Part shown: positions 51,611 through 64,000 of the stretch, in pieces
Numbering within the stretch: position 1 is the stretch's first letter
How the letters are laid out: each line of letters starts with the position of its first letter
From: Octopus sinensis
Lineage: Eukaryota
DNA: 64,000 bases
NCBI RefSeq assembly: GCF_006345805.1
Contig: NC_043002.1
Coordinates: 89,714,001-89,778,000 of the forward strand
Direction of reading: 5' to 3'
Made by a program: the position numbers and the translations under genes
Notes under the pieces: model-generated
What the model saw: the letters and a program-made list of their open reading frames with translations, nothing else
What the model was told of the DNA's origin: nothing
Databases searched by the model: none

Positions 51611-51904
51611 ACTAACGTCTTAACAACAACACACCATGGTCTAACATTTAACCCTACCGCAGTCTTAGTTATACCCCATCACCACTACCACCATCACAGC
51701 TGCACTACAACCCTAGCTACTTTACATCATTTTAGCCACTTCAAAGTAACACTGCACTCCCATCCTAGCTGCATTGTACACCGTCACAGGTGGTGTAGTG
51801 CACTAAGTGGAAGGATGAATGGCCATTCGAAAACGCAGGGCTTGAACGCAGATCAAGGGCCGGAATAATTATCGCAAGATATTTTGTTCGACGCTCTGAC
51901 GATT

Positions 51905-52140
51905 TTTATTTCTTTATTGCCCACAAGGGGCTAAACTCAGAGGAGACAAACAAGGAAAGACAAACGGAATAAGTCGATTATATCGACCCCCAGTGTGTAA
52001 CTTGTACTTATTTAATCGACCCCGAGAGGATGAAAAGCAAAGTCGACCTCGGCGGAATTTGAACTCAGAACGTAAAGTCAGACGAAATACCGCTAAGCAT
52101 TTCGTCCGGCTTGCTAACGTTTCTGCCAGCTTACCGCCTT
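51905..52140 (-). mobile_element. SINE-A tail type 1
   Basis: Match to other copies. Confidence 0.88.
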
Positions 52141-52834
52141 CTGCCAAACAATCACCCTTCCAGAAATGCTGATAATCTTTTAAGCTATAGGTGCACACCT
52201 GAAATTTTGGAAGAAAGAAACTAGTTGATTAGAAAGACCGCAGTGCTTTAACAAAAGCTTTAACCCTGATAACGCAAACGTAATATTTTGACGTTGAACT
52301 GTCGAGGACCATTCCCACCCTTTGCACGTCCATTACGATGACTTTTGTAATCGCCTTTTCTAATTTACTTACTGGCCTCCACTTCATATTTCCCTATCGC
52401 TACTTCTTCGTTAAATCCTTCGATTCAACTCTAATCATCCTCTTCAGAGCATTTTATCCCCGGTTGTTGACTATCGCCCTCGTTAACTGCCACTTAATTC
52501 GTTTATCTGAACACTGCAGGCTTTGCACGCTGTGAACAGCGCCTTTAAGTTTCAGTAATTGTGTTGGTGTTTGCGTGTTATAGCTGCCAAACCGATTATC
52601 TCACAAATCATAAATTTACGGTTTGTGTAGACAATCAGTTAAAACGGTAGACAACTTACACTATCTCTATTTGCTGATCTAACAAATGCTCAAAATACTA
52701 TCCAAATTGTCTGATGTGGTTACCCCATGTCCACACTGACGCACTCACCAAATTTAGTCAGTAGCTCTGACAAAGGGAAGTGTTTGAGTTAGTTTACGTC
52801 GATTTTACACTGTTTCTTATTGACTATTGCCATA

Positions 52835-53728
52835 CGAGATCTGATCAATAAGTATCCGGACTGTTGCCATAAAAACGAAGCTAAAGCACGCAGAGTGAAG
52901 CTGCTCGACACAGATTGACCTTGAACTCTGCTGTGCATACACACTAAGTTTTAACATTCTAGCTCACTCCCGCTGTTTACAGCAGTGTTTGGAAGGAACA
53001 TATGTAGCGTGTGATCGTCGCATTGACCATGACAGAAAAAGTTGTTATGGTGATATCTACTGAGATGCTTACGCAATGTTGCAGAAAGTATATGGAGAGA
53101 AGTGTATGAGCCGCACACAAGTGTACAAGAGGTTCAGACGTTTCCCAGATGGCCGAGAAAATGTCGATAGTGACGAACATTCTGGGAGACCCGCAACTAG
53201 CAAAACTGAGAAAAATATTGCAGATGTGCGTGCAACTGTGAGGGAAAATCATCGAATCACTATCTGTGAGTCATCAGAGGTCGTGCAGTTTAGTTACAGT
53301 TCAGTTCAGTCCTTTATCACTGAAGATTTGGGTATGAGACGCGTGTCTGCCGAGTTTGTACCAAACTGCTTTCAGCTGACCAAAAAGACACTCAGGTTTC
53401 AGTTGCACAAGATCTCCTTGATTGTCTCAAGAACGATGGAAACTTTTTGAAAACTTTGCGTAGGCCTCTGAGCAGGTATCGTCAAGCTTTTGGCAAAATT
53501 TGATGCCGATTCTCCGCTTAACTTTCTCTGTCATGGCCAACGCGACGATTATACGCTACACACGTTCCTTCTAAGTACTGCTGTAAACAGGAAAAGTAAG
53601 CTAGAACATTAAAACTTAGTGCACATGCGCAGTAGAGTTCGAGGTCAATCTGTGCCAAGCGGCTTCACTCTGCGTGCTTTAGTTTCGTTACTATGGTAAC
53701 AGTCAGGATACTTATTGGTCAGACCACG
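52835..53728 (+). mobile_element. Non-autonomous mariner built from two inverted 5' ends; retains the HTH-coding region only
   Basis: TA TSDs; ~205-bp inverted arms; ORF 53076-53450 QKVYGE..MSRTQVY..RF..GRE.V.SDEHSGRP..LGMRRVSA.FVP. Confidence 0.9.
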
Positions 53729-54904
53729 TATATGCCAGCTTTCGCTTAAAATGTTATTCCATGCATTAAAGTGCAGGACATTTCTAACAACGTTTCTAAA
53801 CACCTGAAAAAATTCAGCTCCTCTGCTCTTCCTTTGAAGAAATTGCAATGACTACTAATCACCTACAATATCACTGAAGATGATCCGTACTTCGAGATCC
53901 CGACCTTTCGAAACAATGTCACCTCACCGCCGTTCGAACCGGGTCGATCTAAGATGCGTATACCATGGTGTCCTCGAAACCTGGGCGCAAGTGTGTGCCT
54001 TCTGGAATTCTTGACCTTGCTAATAGGTCATATTTATGTCTAGTGAACGGAGGTTGTTACTGTGGCGGCCCTGCTTCCAAACCGAATCCGTGTTACGAGC
54101 ATTTATATGTCCACTCTAAGTATTGGTATGTTGGTCAAAGAAAGCTGTCGCTAACTTTGGTTTCCGAAAAGGACGGGTAATCCGTCCGTATAAAGTATTT
54201 TTTAAATGTCTTAGTAATACTTTGTTTATGAAATAGTCCTGTTAATGTGTGGCTATGTCTGTCTCGATAGTCTTTGTCTACCCGTGTAGACTGATAGACG
54301 GCCGCTGTTTTTGTTTAGAAAATAATTAACATTTATCCGGCAAAACCTGGCAGTAATCCACTCTAGTTGTCTCAGAGACGTCCGTATGCTTCAAAAGAGA
54401 TCGACTTTATCTTTCCGGGGTCGATAAAATGAGTACCACTTGAGCACTGGGGTCGATGTAATCGACTTACCCCCTCCTCTGCACTTGCTGGCCTTGTGCC
54501 AAAAATTGAAATCAATATGCTATAATGTTTACGATATAATAATGTATGTTATCGTGGATTCTCCTGTCGTAGATGACAGGTAAGGGTCCCGCAATTTCTT
54601 GTTGAATAATCTGCACAAGTGATTTGATAACCGTACATTAACTGTACATTATTAGCTCGCTATCTCCCCTAAATCGGCATTACCTGTACAGGTGCACGGT
54701 GTGCCACATATCAGATGTCAAAACGAACGCAGAGCGACGCAAAATTAAGTGTTTTACTTCAGGCCTCACCGCACCACCCGGCCCCGGAAAACGAAACCAC
54801 GATTGTAAGCTCGTGAATATAACACCCTTACAAGGCCACGCAAATGCACAGTGTATGATATAGCGTATAATGTCTTACAGTGTTATATTACAATCGAACT
54901 ACAT

Positions 54905-55288
54905 GTGGAGGCGCAATGGCCCAGTGGTTAGGGCAGCGGACTCGCGGTCGTAGGATCGCGGTTTCGATTCCCAGACCGGGCGTTGTGAGTGTTTATTGAG
55001 CGAAAACATCTAAAGCTCCACGAGGCTCCGGCAGGCGATGGTGGTGATCCCTGCTGTACTCTTTCACCACAACTTTCTCTCACTCTTACTTCCTGTTTCT
55101 GTTGTACCTGTATTTCAAAGGGCCGGCCTTGTCACTCTCTGTGTCACGCTGAATATCCCCGAGAACTACGTTAAGGGTACACGTGTCTGTGGAGTGCTCA
55201 GCCACTTACACGTTAATTTCACGAGCAGGCTGTTCCGTTGACCGGATCAACCGGAACCCTCATCATCGTAACCGACGGAGTGCTTCCA
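54905..55288 (+). mobile_element. SINE-C
   Basis: Full-length match. Confidence 0.93.
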
Positions 55289-55644
55289 CCACACAATCGA
55301 AGACCGTTTAAGTCTTATTTTATTTCTCCTCGTTGTTACTTTAAACACACATGACCCAAGTCAAAGTTCATTCTAACAGCTGATGTGGAATCAACTTTTT
55401 TTTTTGTTTCAAAGTTGATTCCGATTCATCCTATGAGCTTTTTCACGCCGTCGTTCGACCAGCGAGAAATAAACAGTTAAATTTTTCTCATTCCAAGCCC
55501 TAATTACTGTAATTAATTAATAAAAAAAACAAACAAACCCAAGAAGGCATTGTTTAAACATTTTTTTAAAAATTATATACCGGCGACTCAGAACAATAGT
55601 TTCGTGTGTGTAGTACACATACAGACTCACACGCAACCAATGAA

Positions 55645-55745
55645 ATAGTGGTGACAATAACTTCGAAGTTTCGGCATTCTTGCTTTCCTGGTACAGTCCG
55701 GGGAAGGCGAGCAGGTCGAAACTTCGATGTCTCTGTCACCGCTAT
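55645..55745. other. 101-bp imperfect palindrome whose arms resemble decayed hammerheads
   Basis: Arms ATAG(T/C)GGTGACA..AC(T/A)TCGAAGTTTCG; plus arm reads CCGGGGA A GGC gagcag GTC GAAA CTTCGATG TC. Confidence 0.55.
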
Positions 55746-55847
55746 TCTTGTAAATGTAATATGTAAATAAATATGTACTCTTCAGAAACTATTGAGTAAT
55801 CCTTCAATTTAATGTGAAATTGCTTTTATTTTAACATAAAAACAAAC

Positions 55848-56066
55848 ATGTATGTATGTATGTATGTATGTATGAATGTATGCATGTATGTATGTATGTA
55901 TGTATGTATGTGTATGTATGTATGTGTGTATGTATGTATGTATGTATGTATGTATGTATGTGTGTATGTATGTATGTGTGTGTGTATGTATGTATGTATG
56001 TATGTATGTGTGTGTGTGTATGTATGTATGTATGTATGTATGTATGTATGTATGTATGTATGTATT
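55848..56066. repeat. (GTAT)n array
   Basis: Direct reading. Confidence 0.97.
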
Positions 56067-56824
56067 TGAGTGTATGTACACACACACACAGAAGCCAAAT
56101 TTACTTTCCAAATTAAAAGAAAATAACAATATAATTACCGCTAACATTTTGTGTTTGGACAAATGAAAATGAATTTTCTATTTAAAAATTTTAAAAAACA
56201 AAAAAGTTTTGTAATAATACACATTTCTATTGCCGCGGGAAGGATAATTAATTCTCCAAATGAAAAAGACAAAAGTTGTAATGAAAAATTTGTCTTTTAT
56301 AAAAAGGAAAAATTATCTTCTAATGTACACAAAACTTGGTGTATATTTATTTATTTCTAAATTCATAACTGTTTGTCTCGTAGCTACCTACCTTCTCTCT
56401 CTTTCAGTCTGTCTATCCCGCCGATGTCCAGGAATTGAGACAGGAAAATCCATCGTAAAATAAATTAAAATTACGTAGATATATAATGGTACATTATTGA
56501 ACATTTTACAGGAAATAATATTCTATTTACATATTGTTAAATGCACCGTAGCATCACTGTCAAACTGTCATTTTTGACGGTACGATTATTGTATTTGAGT
56601 AAACTCTAAAATATTATTAGTAAACATAATGGTTTTCTTTTTTTTTAATATCTCCTACCTATAAATTGGGATGACGATTGTTTGAAATATCCATGGTTCT
56701 AATATAACATCAAATACGGTAATTCTAATAAATTTTTGCTTTTTTTTTTCTGTAAAGACTAATTATACAATATAAAAGATCTAAAGTTAAGCAATATAAG
56801 AGAGTGTTTTAAATGTGACTTCAC

Positions 56825-56880
56825 CAGTGCAAAATATTGTTGTAAACGTGGCCTTGCCAGATAACTTCAATGTCACATTC
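56825..56880 (-). CDS. Candidate 56-nt internal exon (ECDIEVIWQGHVYNNILH or NVTLKLSGKATFTTIFCT)
   Basis: TTTGTTTCATGTAG acceptor, TG|GTGAAG donor, two open frames; no homology recognised. Confidence 0.18.
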
Positions 56881-56937
56881 CTACATGAAACAAAGTTCTT
56901 ACTTCTCCACATTTCTTCTTTCTTTTTCTTCTTCTTC

Positions 56938-56989
<52 letters not shown>

Positions 56990-57314
56990 TTAACGCCCGT
57001 CTGCCCGCCTGTGAGTTTCTATTTGTTTATCTGTTACATCGAAGGAGCGTGGCTGAGTGCTTAGGGTATTCAGCTCACTTGTATCGGAGCGACTCAGCGC
57101 CTCAGTTTCTGTGTGCGTGAGTCCCACAAATGCTGTTGTGGAGCTGTCGTCGACGAATTCGGTTTCTATGTGTTACACTGCAGCTATAGCGCGGGCCGGT
57201 TTCCCAAGCATGCTGCCCTGAACGACATCATTAAAAGGGGCCTCGACGTGGCCGGCTTCTCGTCATAACTGGAGCTGGAAAGTCTTCACTGCGGTGATGG
57301 CATATCCTTTTCCC

Positions 57315-57682
57315 GTGGAGGCGCAATGGCCCTGTGGTTTGGGCAGCGGACTCGCGGTCGTAGGATCGCGGTTTCGATTCCCATACCGAGCATTGTGAGT
57401 GTTTATTGAGCGAAAACACCTAAAGCTTCACAAGGGGGTGGTGGTGAACCCTGCTGTACTCTTTCACCACAACTTTCTCTCACTCTTTCTTCCTGTTTCT
57501 GTTGTACCTGTATTTCAAAGGGCCAGCCTTGTCACACTCTGTGTCACGCTGAATCTCCTCGAGAACTACGTTAAGGGTACACGTGTCTGTGGAATGCTCA
57601 GCCACTTGCACGTTAATTCCACGAGCAAGCTGTTCCGTTTATCGTTTCAGCTGGGACCCTCATCGTCGTAACCGACGGAGAG
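57315..57682 (+). mobile_element. SINE-C
   Basis: TSD CCTTTTCCC (57306-57314, 57695-57703). Confidence 0.92.
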
Positions 57683-57820
57683 CTCCTAATAATCCCTTTT
57701 CCCATTCAAGGAAGAGCGCGACGTACTGCGACACGTCCACCGTTTCCAATCTTGCTGCATTGACCGCAAACGCGGGTACTGTCGCTCGTAATGCAGAGGG
57801 GAGGAAGTTAAACAAATACC

Positions 57821-57968
57821 TATTTCTTTACTACCCACAAGGGGCTAAACACAGAGAAGACAAACAAGGACATACAAACGGATTAAGTCGATTATATCGA
57901 CCCCAGTGCGTAACTGGTACTTATTTAATCGACCCCGAAAGGATGAAAGGCAAAGTTAACCTCGGCGG
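57821..57968 (-). mobile_element. 5'-truncated SINE-A
   Basis: Tail and body match. Confidence 0.88.
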
Positions 57969-58329
57969 CCAGCCGCTGTCTGTTTGTACCTCTCGCTATC
58001 GAGACTTCAGGTGCCCTAGGACTCCGCACTGCCGATTTCCTCTGCAAATTCGGGATGACAGTAGTCCGTCTGAGAAATGAGCCCCACGAAGTGGGGTAGA
58101 TCTTGCAGCAGGTGTTGCTGGCCATTCTCCGCGGCAACGCCATTGCAATTATGTTCTCGAGGCGTGGCAGAAAACCAGAAAAACAAAAAAAAACAAGCAA
58201 ACAAAATAAAACAAAAAGCACATTTAGACTGGGGTGTACTACCTGTTACTTTCCACCTCAACTTCTTTTGTTGCTTATTCCCTACGCACCCCTTTTCTTC
58301 ATTTCCATTTTGAAGTAATTCTTTTCTTT

Positions 58330-59800
58330 TTTTTTACTCGATAATTTAATGTGGAACATTCACTGACCGCATTGCCTAATCGATAGAGGGTGGTGAGCAT
58401 CTGATGATATTCCCGAAGGTAGGTACCCAATCTCGGTCTTTTCTAGACCAAGGACTGCAACACTGCAATGAACTACAAAATGTCCTTACAAATGGGAACC
58501 ACGCCTGCTCAGTGCCCTGGAATATCTTCAGACGCGTGTCTGTATCAGCAGCTGTGACATACCGAACCCACCTCCCAGAGGACGCTATCGACAGAAACAA
58601 TCTGACTATGGAATACATCCCTTCTACAGTAAGCGGAAAGGCCGAGAATCTAGTCAGACGGGAACTGGGGCTAGTCACGATAGAGGCGATGTTGGTATTC
58701 ACCACCTCGACACGACCTTTACTCTCAGCCCATTTGTAGGTGAGTTAGCTACCCTGCACGTAACCTCATCTCAGTTCCTGTCCATCAGACCGAACCAGAG
58801 CAGATTAACCGGTCCGCCTCTCTAACATCTCACCTGTCCGCCTGTCTTGCATCTCCTGATACCACGTTGCAACCCCATCGACTTGTTCGAATTTATCTTT
58901 ACCCCTGCCATCGTCTCATACTCCTTTAGACTGTTCCACTTCCGTGTTGTCTGACACTGTTTCGGTGACATTCGATTACATCGACACAGCCTCCCACATC
59001 CTAGTTCGAAAAGGATCCCCCTTAATACGTCTACCTTCCGCAACAATGGCTGAAGAAATGGGAAAGGATACTCCTGGTGGACCGAAAGCGCGATCTAAAC
59101 TGTTCCGGTACGTGATCACTTACTTTGGTCTCGGAGCAAATGTTACAACGCATTGCTGCGACCCAGCCTCTAAGAACGGGTCCAGAACCGACCGTTTTTA
59201 GGACTGCTATCAAATAGTGATGGTTAACCTTATCGAAAGATTTCGACTGATCTAGATTGATCAACGCCCCACCAAAGCCTGGTTCGTTTCTCACTCCTCT
59301 ATGATGTATCACATGAGGTGGAGCTTACCATAGCTGGATCTTCTGGGGATCGAACACGCTTGCGTTTCCTGCCCTAACTAACGATGATAAACACCGACTT
59401 CTTTGCTCACACTTTGCCCCCAAATCTTAAACAATACACATGGTTGTGATCCGGAAAAAGCCGCTTTTGTTAGTGTTCTTTCTCAACAGCCCTAAGACTC
59501 CTTGGCACTCACAGCTGATGGAATTCTCCCGTTCTGCAGTCAGTTACGGCATACGTTTGGCAAAAGATCATGAAAGAAATCTGGCATGTAACCATAAACT
59601 TCATAGGACAAATTATCGAACGATTTGTCTTTGCGCAACCGCTCGCAGCCTGCTTTATCTCAGTTGCTGTCACTGGCCTTTTGCAGTACCTCACATCTTC
59701 CGCGGAGAGTCGCAGCAGGCCATTGAGGTAGATGCTGAAGTCCATAAGAGTTTCCAATCTGTCGCTCGCTTCGAACAATTGAGCAAAGTACTACAGAAAT
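58330..59800 (-). pseudogene. Decayed Tx1/L1-like RT region
   Basis: FSIYLNGL.RLSA..PVTATEI; ALINLDQSKSFDKVNHHYL..G.GPV.RGW; KINSNKS. Confidence 0.8.
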
Positions 59801-59929
59801 AACTACACATATCTGCTTGAAACTGAGTAGCATGTGTCCATCCTGGTTCGTTAAAGACCGAATTGTTTTATTACCACGTCGTGCCTCCGCTACTCAAGGC
59901 TGTCGAGCGGCTTTTGTTCCCTCTTACTT

Positions 59930-60400
59930 TAGTGCAAGAGCGCTAGCTTTGACAACGCACACTTTGTGTTTCGAGTTGAAGAAATATTCAGGGGCCATCA
60001 TCGTAGCTAGCACTTCGCTTGATATGCCTTCAACAACGTCGACTGCCACATCAAATTCGAAATCGAACACCCGGATGAATCCTCTCTATGTTAGATTTCC
60101 AAATCAAGATCACAGAGGAGAGTTACATCTACACGAATTGTTATGGAAAAGCGGCCAGTAGGAATCTGTTCGTACATTACGAATTAGCCCTGCCTGCAAG
60201 GGCCAAATCCGCATACATGCAGAATGAGATCAGACATACAAGAGACAGGGTGCAGTGAAGCAACGGTCAAAGCTACCAACACCAAGCAGTTCCTCAGGAG
60301 CTTAGCACACAAGGGCTATTCGCCATCTGCAGCTAAACCATTGCATCCAAAAAAACATGAAAGTGATTAAACAACATACGAAAGCCCATAACAAGTTGGT
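59930..60400 (+). pseudogene. Penelope-like RT thumb fragment
   Basis: FNNVDCHIKFEIEHP..LDFQI..KAASRNLFVHY..P..K..QNEI..L.HKGYS. Confidence 0.7.
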
Positions 60401-60490
60401 AAATCTTCCTTAAACTGCCCTACTTCGACGACAGAACAGCTGCAGCTATTCAACATCCGATCCGCAAGGAGGGACTCATCATACATGCAT

Positions 60491-60534
<44 letters not shown>

Positions 60535-60564
60535 GCACACACACACACACACACACACAGATAT

Positions 60565-60992
60565 ATTCTTTTCTTTCTTTTTTTTTCTTTTACTTGTTTC
60601 AGTCATTTGACTGCGGCCATGCTGGAGCACCGCCTTTAGTCGAGCGTATCGACCCCGGGACTTATTCTTTGTAAGCCCAGTACTTATTCTATCGGTCTCT
60701 TTTTGCCGAACCGCTAAGTGACGGGGACGTAAACACACCAGCATCGGTTGTCAAGCAATGCTAGGGGGACAAACACAGACTCACAAACATATACACACAC
60801 ATACATATATATATATATACATATATACGACAGGGTTCTTTCAGTTTCCGTCTACCAAATCCACTCACAAGGCATTGGTCGGCCCGAGGGTATAGTAGAA
60901 GACACTTGCCCAAGATGCCACGCAGTGGGACTGAACCCGGAACCATGTGGTTGGTTAGCAAGCTACTTACTACACAGCCACTCCTGCGCCTA
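60565..60992 (-). mobile_element. SINE-B, full length
   Basis: Full-length match. Confidence 0.95.
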
Positions 60993-61259
60993 TTATATAT
61001 ATATATAATAAAAATAAAAATATATATGTATTTATAATTTATAAGTTTAAATTATTAATTTAAATAACTTTTTAAAATTTTAACTTTAATTTAAATATTT
61101 TAATTGGATTTTTATATTTTATTTTTTATTTTTTATATATTTTTTAATTAATTTTATTTTCTATGTATTGGCTTATGATTTTCACTGTTTGATTTGCCTA
61201 TAGTGGGTTATCTCTAATCTCTAATTAATATAATATTAATATATATATATATATATATA

Positions 61260-61307
<48 letters not shown>

Positions 61308-62165
61308 CAGGCTGAGTAAAAAGTAAGCAACGTTTTGAAACATGAAATTCATCACATATATTTCAACAATGCAGAAATTTTATTCATCAAAGTACCATTA
61401 CATCCCACACATATTTGCCAACAAGTTACAAGTTTGTTTATTCCAGTAATATAAAAATCTGGAGTTCTGGAGCTTAATGAGCTCTTTGAACACACTCTTA
61501 GCATCTGTTTGATTTTTGAACTCCTTCTCTCGTAGGAAACCATCGAGGTGCTTGGAAAGGTGGTAGTCGACAGGAGAAAGGTCTGGGGAATAAGCTGGGT
61601 GGGGAAGAACTACGTAGCCAAGATCCCTCAACTTCTGATGCGTCATTAGTGAACGTGTGGTCGAGCATTGTCCTGAAGAATGATTGGCCCTCTTCTGTTG
61701 ACCAGTTTAGGACGGAGGAATAGCAGCTTTCCGTTCATTTTGGTAATTTTATATGTTTTTCCAGTAATGGTTTTTTCCGGGTCTTAAGAAGTTATAGTGG
61801 ATGAGTCCAGCATACACCACCAAACAGTCACCATAACCTTCTTTTTGATGAGCTCGGGTTTTGGGAAGGTTTTCGGTGCTTCATTTTGGTCCAGCCGCTG
61901 CGAAAAACGTTTTTTATTGTTGTACAGAATCCACTTTTCATCGAAAGTTACAATCCGGTCGAGTAATGGATCGGTCTGGTCACGGAGAAGAAGCAACGAG
62001 CAAATTTTATATCTTCGCGTTTTCTGATTTTCATTCAAATCGTCTGGTACCCATTTGTCGAGCTTTTTATTTTTCGATCGCATGCAAATCGTTGCAGGCA
62101 GTTTTCTGGCTAACTTGAAGTTCTTTTGCCACTTCTCGAGTGGTTTTTCGTGGATCTTTCTCAAT
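61308..62165 (-). pseudogene. Decayed mariner (cecropia/Hsmar1-like) transposase
   Basis: KWVPDDL, RIVTFDEKW, KKVMVTVWW, HPAYSPDLSPVDYH. Confidence 0.9.
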
Positions 62166-62169
62166 GACG

Positions 62170-62428
62170 TATGTGTCTACTGCAAAGCCAAGTTTTTCCG
62201 GAGCAAAACCACAACATCTCCCTTCCCTCCTGTCCGACTAGGAGACATGATTTTCTCATAGCCATTCAGGAGAGTTGAGAAGGCCTGCAGCTTGTCCAGC
62301 CTGGTCTCTGTAGCAACCATCACATCAATTCTGTATGACCTGAGGTCGTCGTGGAAACAAGCCTGCTTCCTCTTCGAGCCCAGGCCACGAACATTTAAAC
62401 AACCAATGCGTAGCGTAGCAATGTCCAA
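62170..62428 (-). pseudogene. APE endonuclease N-terminus of a Tx1/L1-like ORF2
   Basis: MDIATLRIGCLNVRGL..D...ETRL..GGKGDVVVL. Confidence 0.85.
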
Positions 62429-62719
62429 AAAAAAAAAAAAAAAGAAGGAAATTGAAGCCTATCTGCTTGTTTCATCTTTCGGTGGGGTGGGGATCACTCT
62501 CTGTATCACTGAAACCTATTCCCCCCCCTCTCCTTCCTCTCGTATAGAAACGGTTCTACCGGCGGGTTAAACACTTTCGGTAACTCCTTTAACTCCGCTA
62601 TTTCATTAAGATGTCTCTCAAGCCCGTATATAATTTTTTTAGAAAATTTCCCTACTGTTACTGTTTGTGTATAGTAATGTTTGTTGATGGGTTTTAATCA
62701 CCCCGCTCTAAGTATTTAT

Positions 62720-63255
62720 TACTATTATTAGAAAAGACTTTCTAACTAGAAAGGGTATGGCCTGGTCAGCCTGTAATGACATGCATAAGATCTGATTATC
62801 AAATCTAAGTAGAGACTTCAAACTTGAAATATTCAAAGCCACAGTCGAACCAATTCTACTATATGGCTCAGAAACCTGGACGTTATCAAAGAAGCTTGAG
62901 AGGCGGTTGGATGGAACCTACACTCGCCTTCTTATGAGAGCTCAAAATCTCTCGTGGAAGCGCCATCCAACCAAAACAAATATATGGGAAACTACCACCT
63001 GTGTCATCTCTTGTGAAAGGTAGGAGAGTCCAGTTTGCTGGACATTGTTTGTAGAGCTGAAAAGAAGTAATTTCTACTCTCTCCTCTGGAAGCCATCTAC
63101 TCGCAATAACAGAGGGCGCACACTCTCCTCCCTGATGTAATCTCCAGGATACAGGCATCCAGCAACAGACCTCCGTAATGCCATGATGGACCGTGAAGTT
63201 TGGCGTAGCATGGTAAATTCCATTGTCGACCACGGTCGAACAATGATGATGATTT
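62720..63255 (+). pseudogene. 3' end of an RTEX-like LINE with a (TGA)n tail
   Basis: VEPILLYGSETWTL..LDGTYTRLL..AQNLSWKRHPT..RRVQFAGHC; tail TGATGATGAT. Confidence 0.85.
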
Positions 63256-63259
63256 ATTA

Positions 63260-63600
63260 CTATTTTTGAAAGCTACAGTAGCGTTATCCGCTTTCTTCGG
63301 TAAGTCGGTTATTTCTTGTTTCATTTTCCCCCTCTTTGGTTCTTTTGTTTTTTCCTTTTGTTCCTGCGTTTTCGCCGCTTTGCTTTTTGGAGCCACCTCC
63401 TGGGACTTGGTGGGCGACTCTAATTTCTTGCGGCGTTTTCGTGACACCGTCTGAAATTCTTTAGGTGACCTTTTCTTCCACACTTATAACACCTTGGTCG
63501 TCTCCACGTGAACCGCCAGCACCGTCTCCTCTCTAATGTGTATGCTGTATTGCTTCTGACTGGTGTTTGAAGTTTGTCTTGTTTTTATCGGGAGTTCGTG
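63260..63600 (-). pseudogene. Basic low-complexity ORF1-like segment, probably of the Tx1-like element
   Basis: Lys/Arg-rich frame (FQTVSRKRRKK) upstream of the APE start; no diagnostic domain. Confidence 0.45.
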
Positions 63601-63766
63601 ACTCAAATTAGAATGTTTTGAACAGGATTTGATTGGTAGAGGATAGTTACATGATTGGTCTTATAAACTTTTGTAGGTTCCCCGCTAAATAAAATAACTT
63701 TATTTTCTCTCCCTCTCTCTCTCTCTGTAATCTATATATATAATATATATATATTATATATATATA

Positions 63767-64000
63767 TACTAGCAGTATCGCCCGGCGTTGCTCGGGTTTG
63801 TAAGGGAAATAACTATATAAGCATTTTTAGAGAGTTACTTCCTTATAAATTCGGGCTTTCTTAGCCATTTTTGTTTTGGTGTCTTCAAGCCATGAAGTCG
63901 TTGTTCTAAAAGAACGCTGGTTTCCTTCACAACGCATTACGACGTTGATTTCTTTACACTCCCTTCCCCACAGCTTCACGAGGGAGGGAGGGGAGAAGCA
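63767..64000 (+). mobile_element. Helitron/DINE-like element, cut by the window end
   Basis: Same 5' block and internal segment as the 41487 copy. Confidence 0.78.

Larger units (their letters stand above)
57095..58185 (+). pseudogene. C-terminus of a CRE-clade (RLE) non-LTR element, split by two SINEs
   Basis: HKCCCGAVVD..HCSYSAGRFPKHAALNDIIKRGL; CDT..AEGRKLNKY; FVPLAIETSG..LAILRGNA. Confidence 0.82.

Noticed and set aside
55005-55070. Complete HDV-like ribozyme inside the SINE-C/E body
   Set aside because: P3/L3- and P4-like parts are present, but no adequate P1 or P2 could be paired; kept only as a covarying hairpin

Overview
AT-rich animal genomic DNA that is almost entirely transposable elements and microsatellites, with one 100-N gap (43011-43110). 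It is very probably octopus/cephalopod, inferred from the tRNA-derived SINE families and microsatellite density. No host protein-coding gene could be identified with confidence; only three weak candidate exons are offered, and most supplied ORFs are microsatellite or SINE artefacts. Contents: about 40 copies of five tRNA-headed SINE families (labelled SINE-A to -E here, local names); decayed non-LTR retrotransposons (R4/Dong-like x3 families, HERO-like, CRE-like, RTE-BovB-like, RTEX-like, CR1/L2-like, Tx1-like, I/Jockey-like); Penelope-like remnants; and mariner, Tigger, hAT and Helitron-like DNA elements. Most interesting: (1) three copies of a minimal type-I hammerhead ribozyme with a conserved non-canonical CCGANGA core at 38-40 kb, plus a related decayed palindrome at 55.7 kb; (2) a 7-kb (AAT)n-anchored cluster (30.8-37.8 kb) used by Dong-like elements, a non-coding AAT-tailed unit, and SINEs entering in the opposite polarity; (3) an HDV-like ribozyme remnant at the 5' end of an RTE-type UTR; (4) modular and self-nesting SINEs with a GGTA 3'-junction bias. 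All family assignments come from motif recognition by eye; no database search was run, and boundaries lacking TSD/TIR evidence are approximate.
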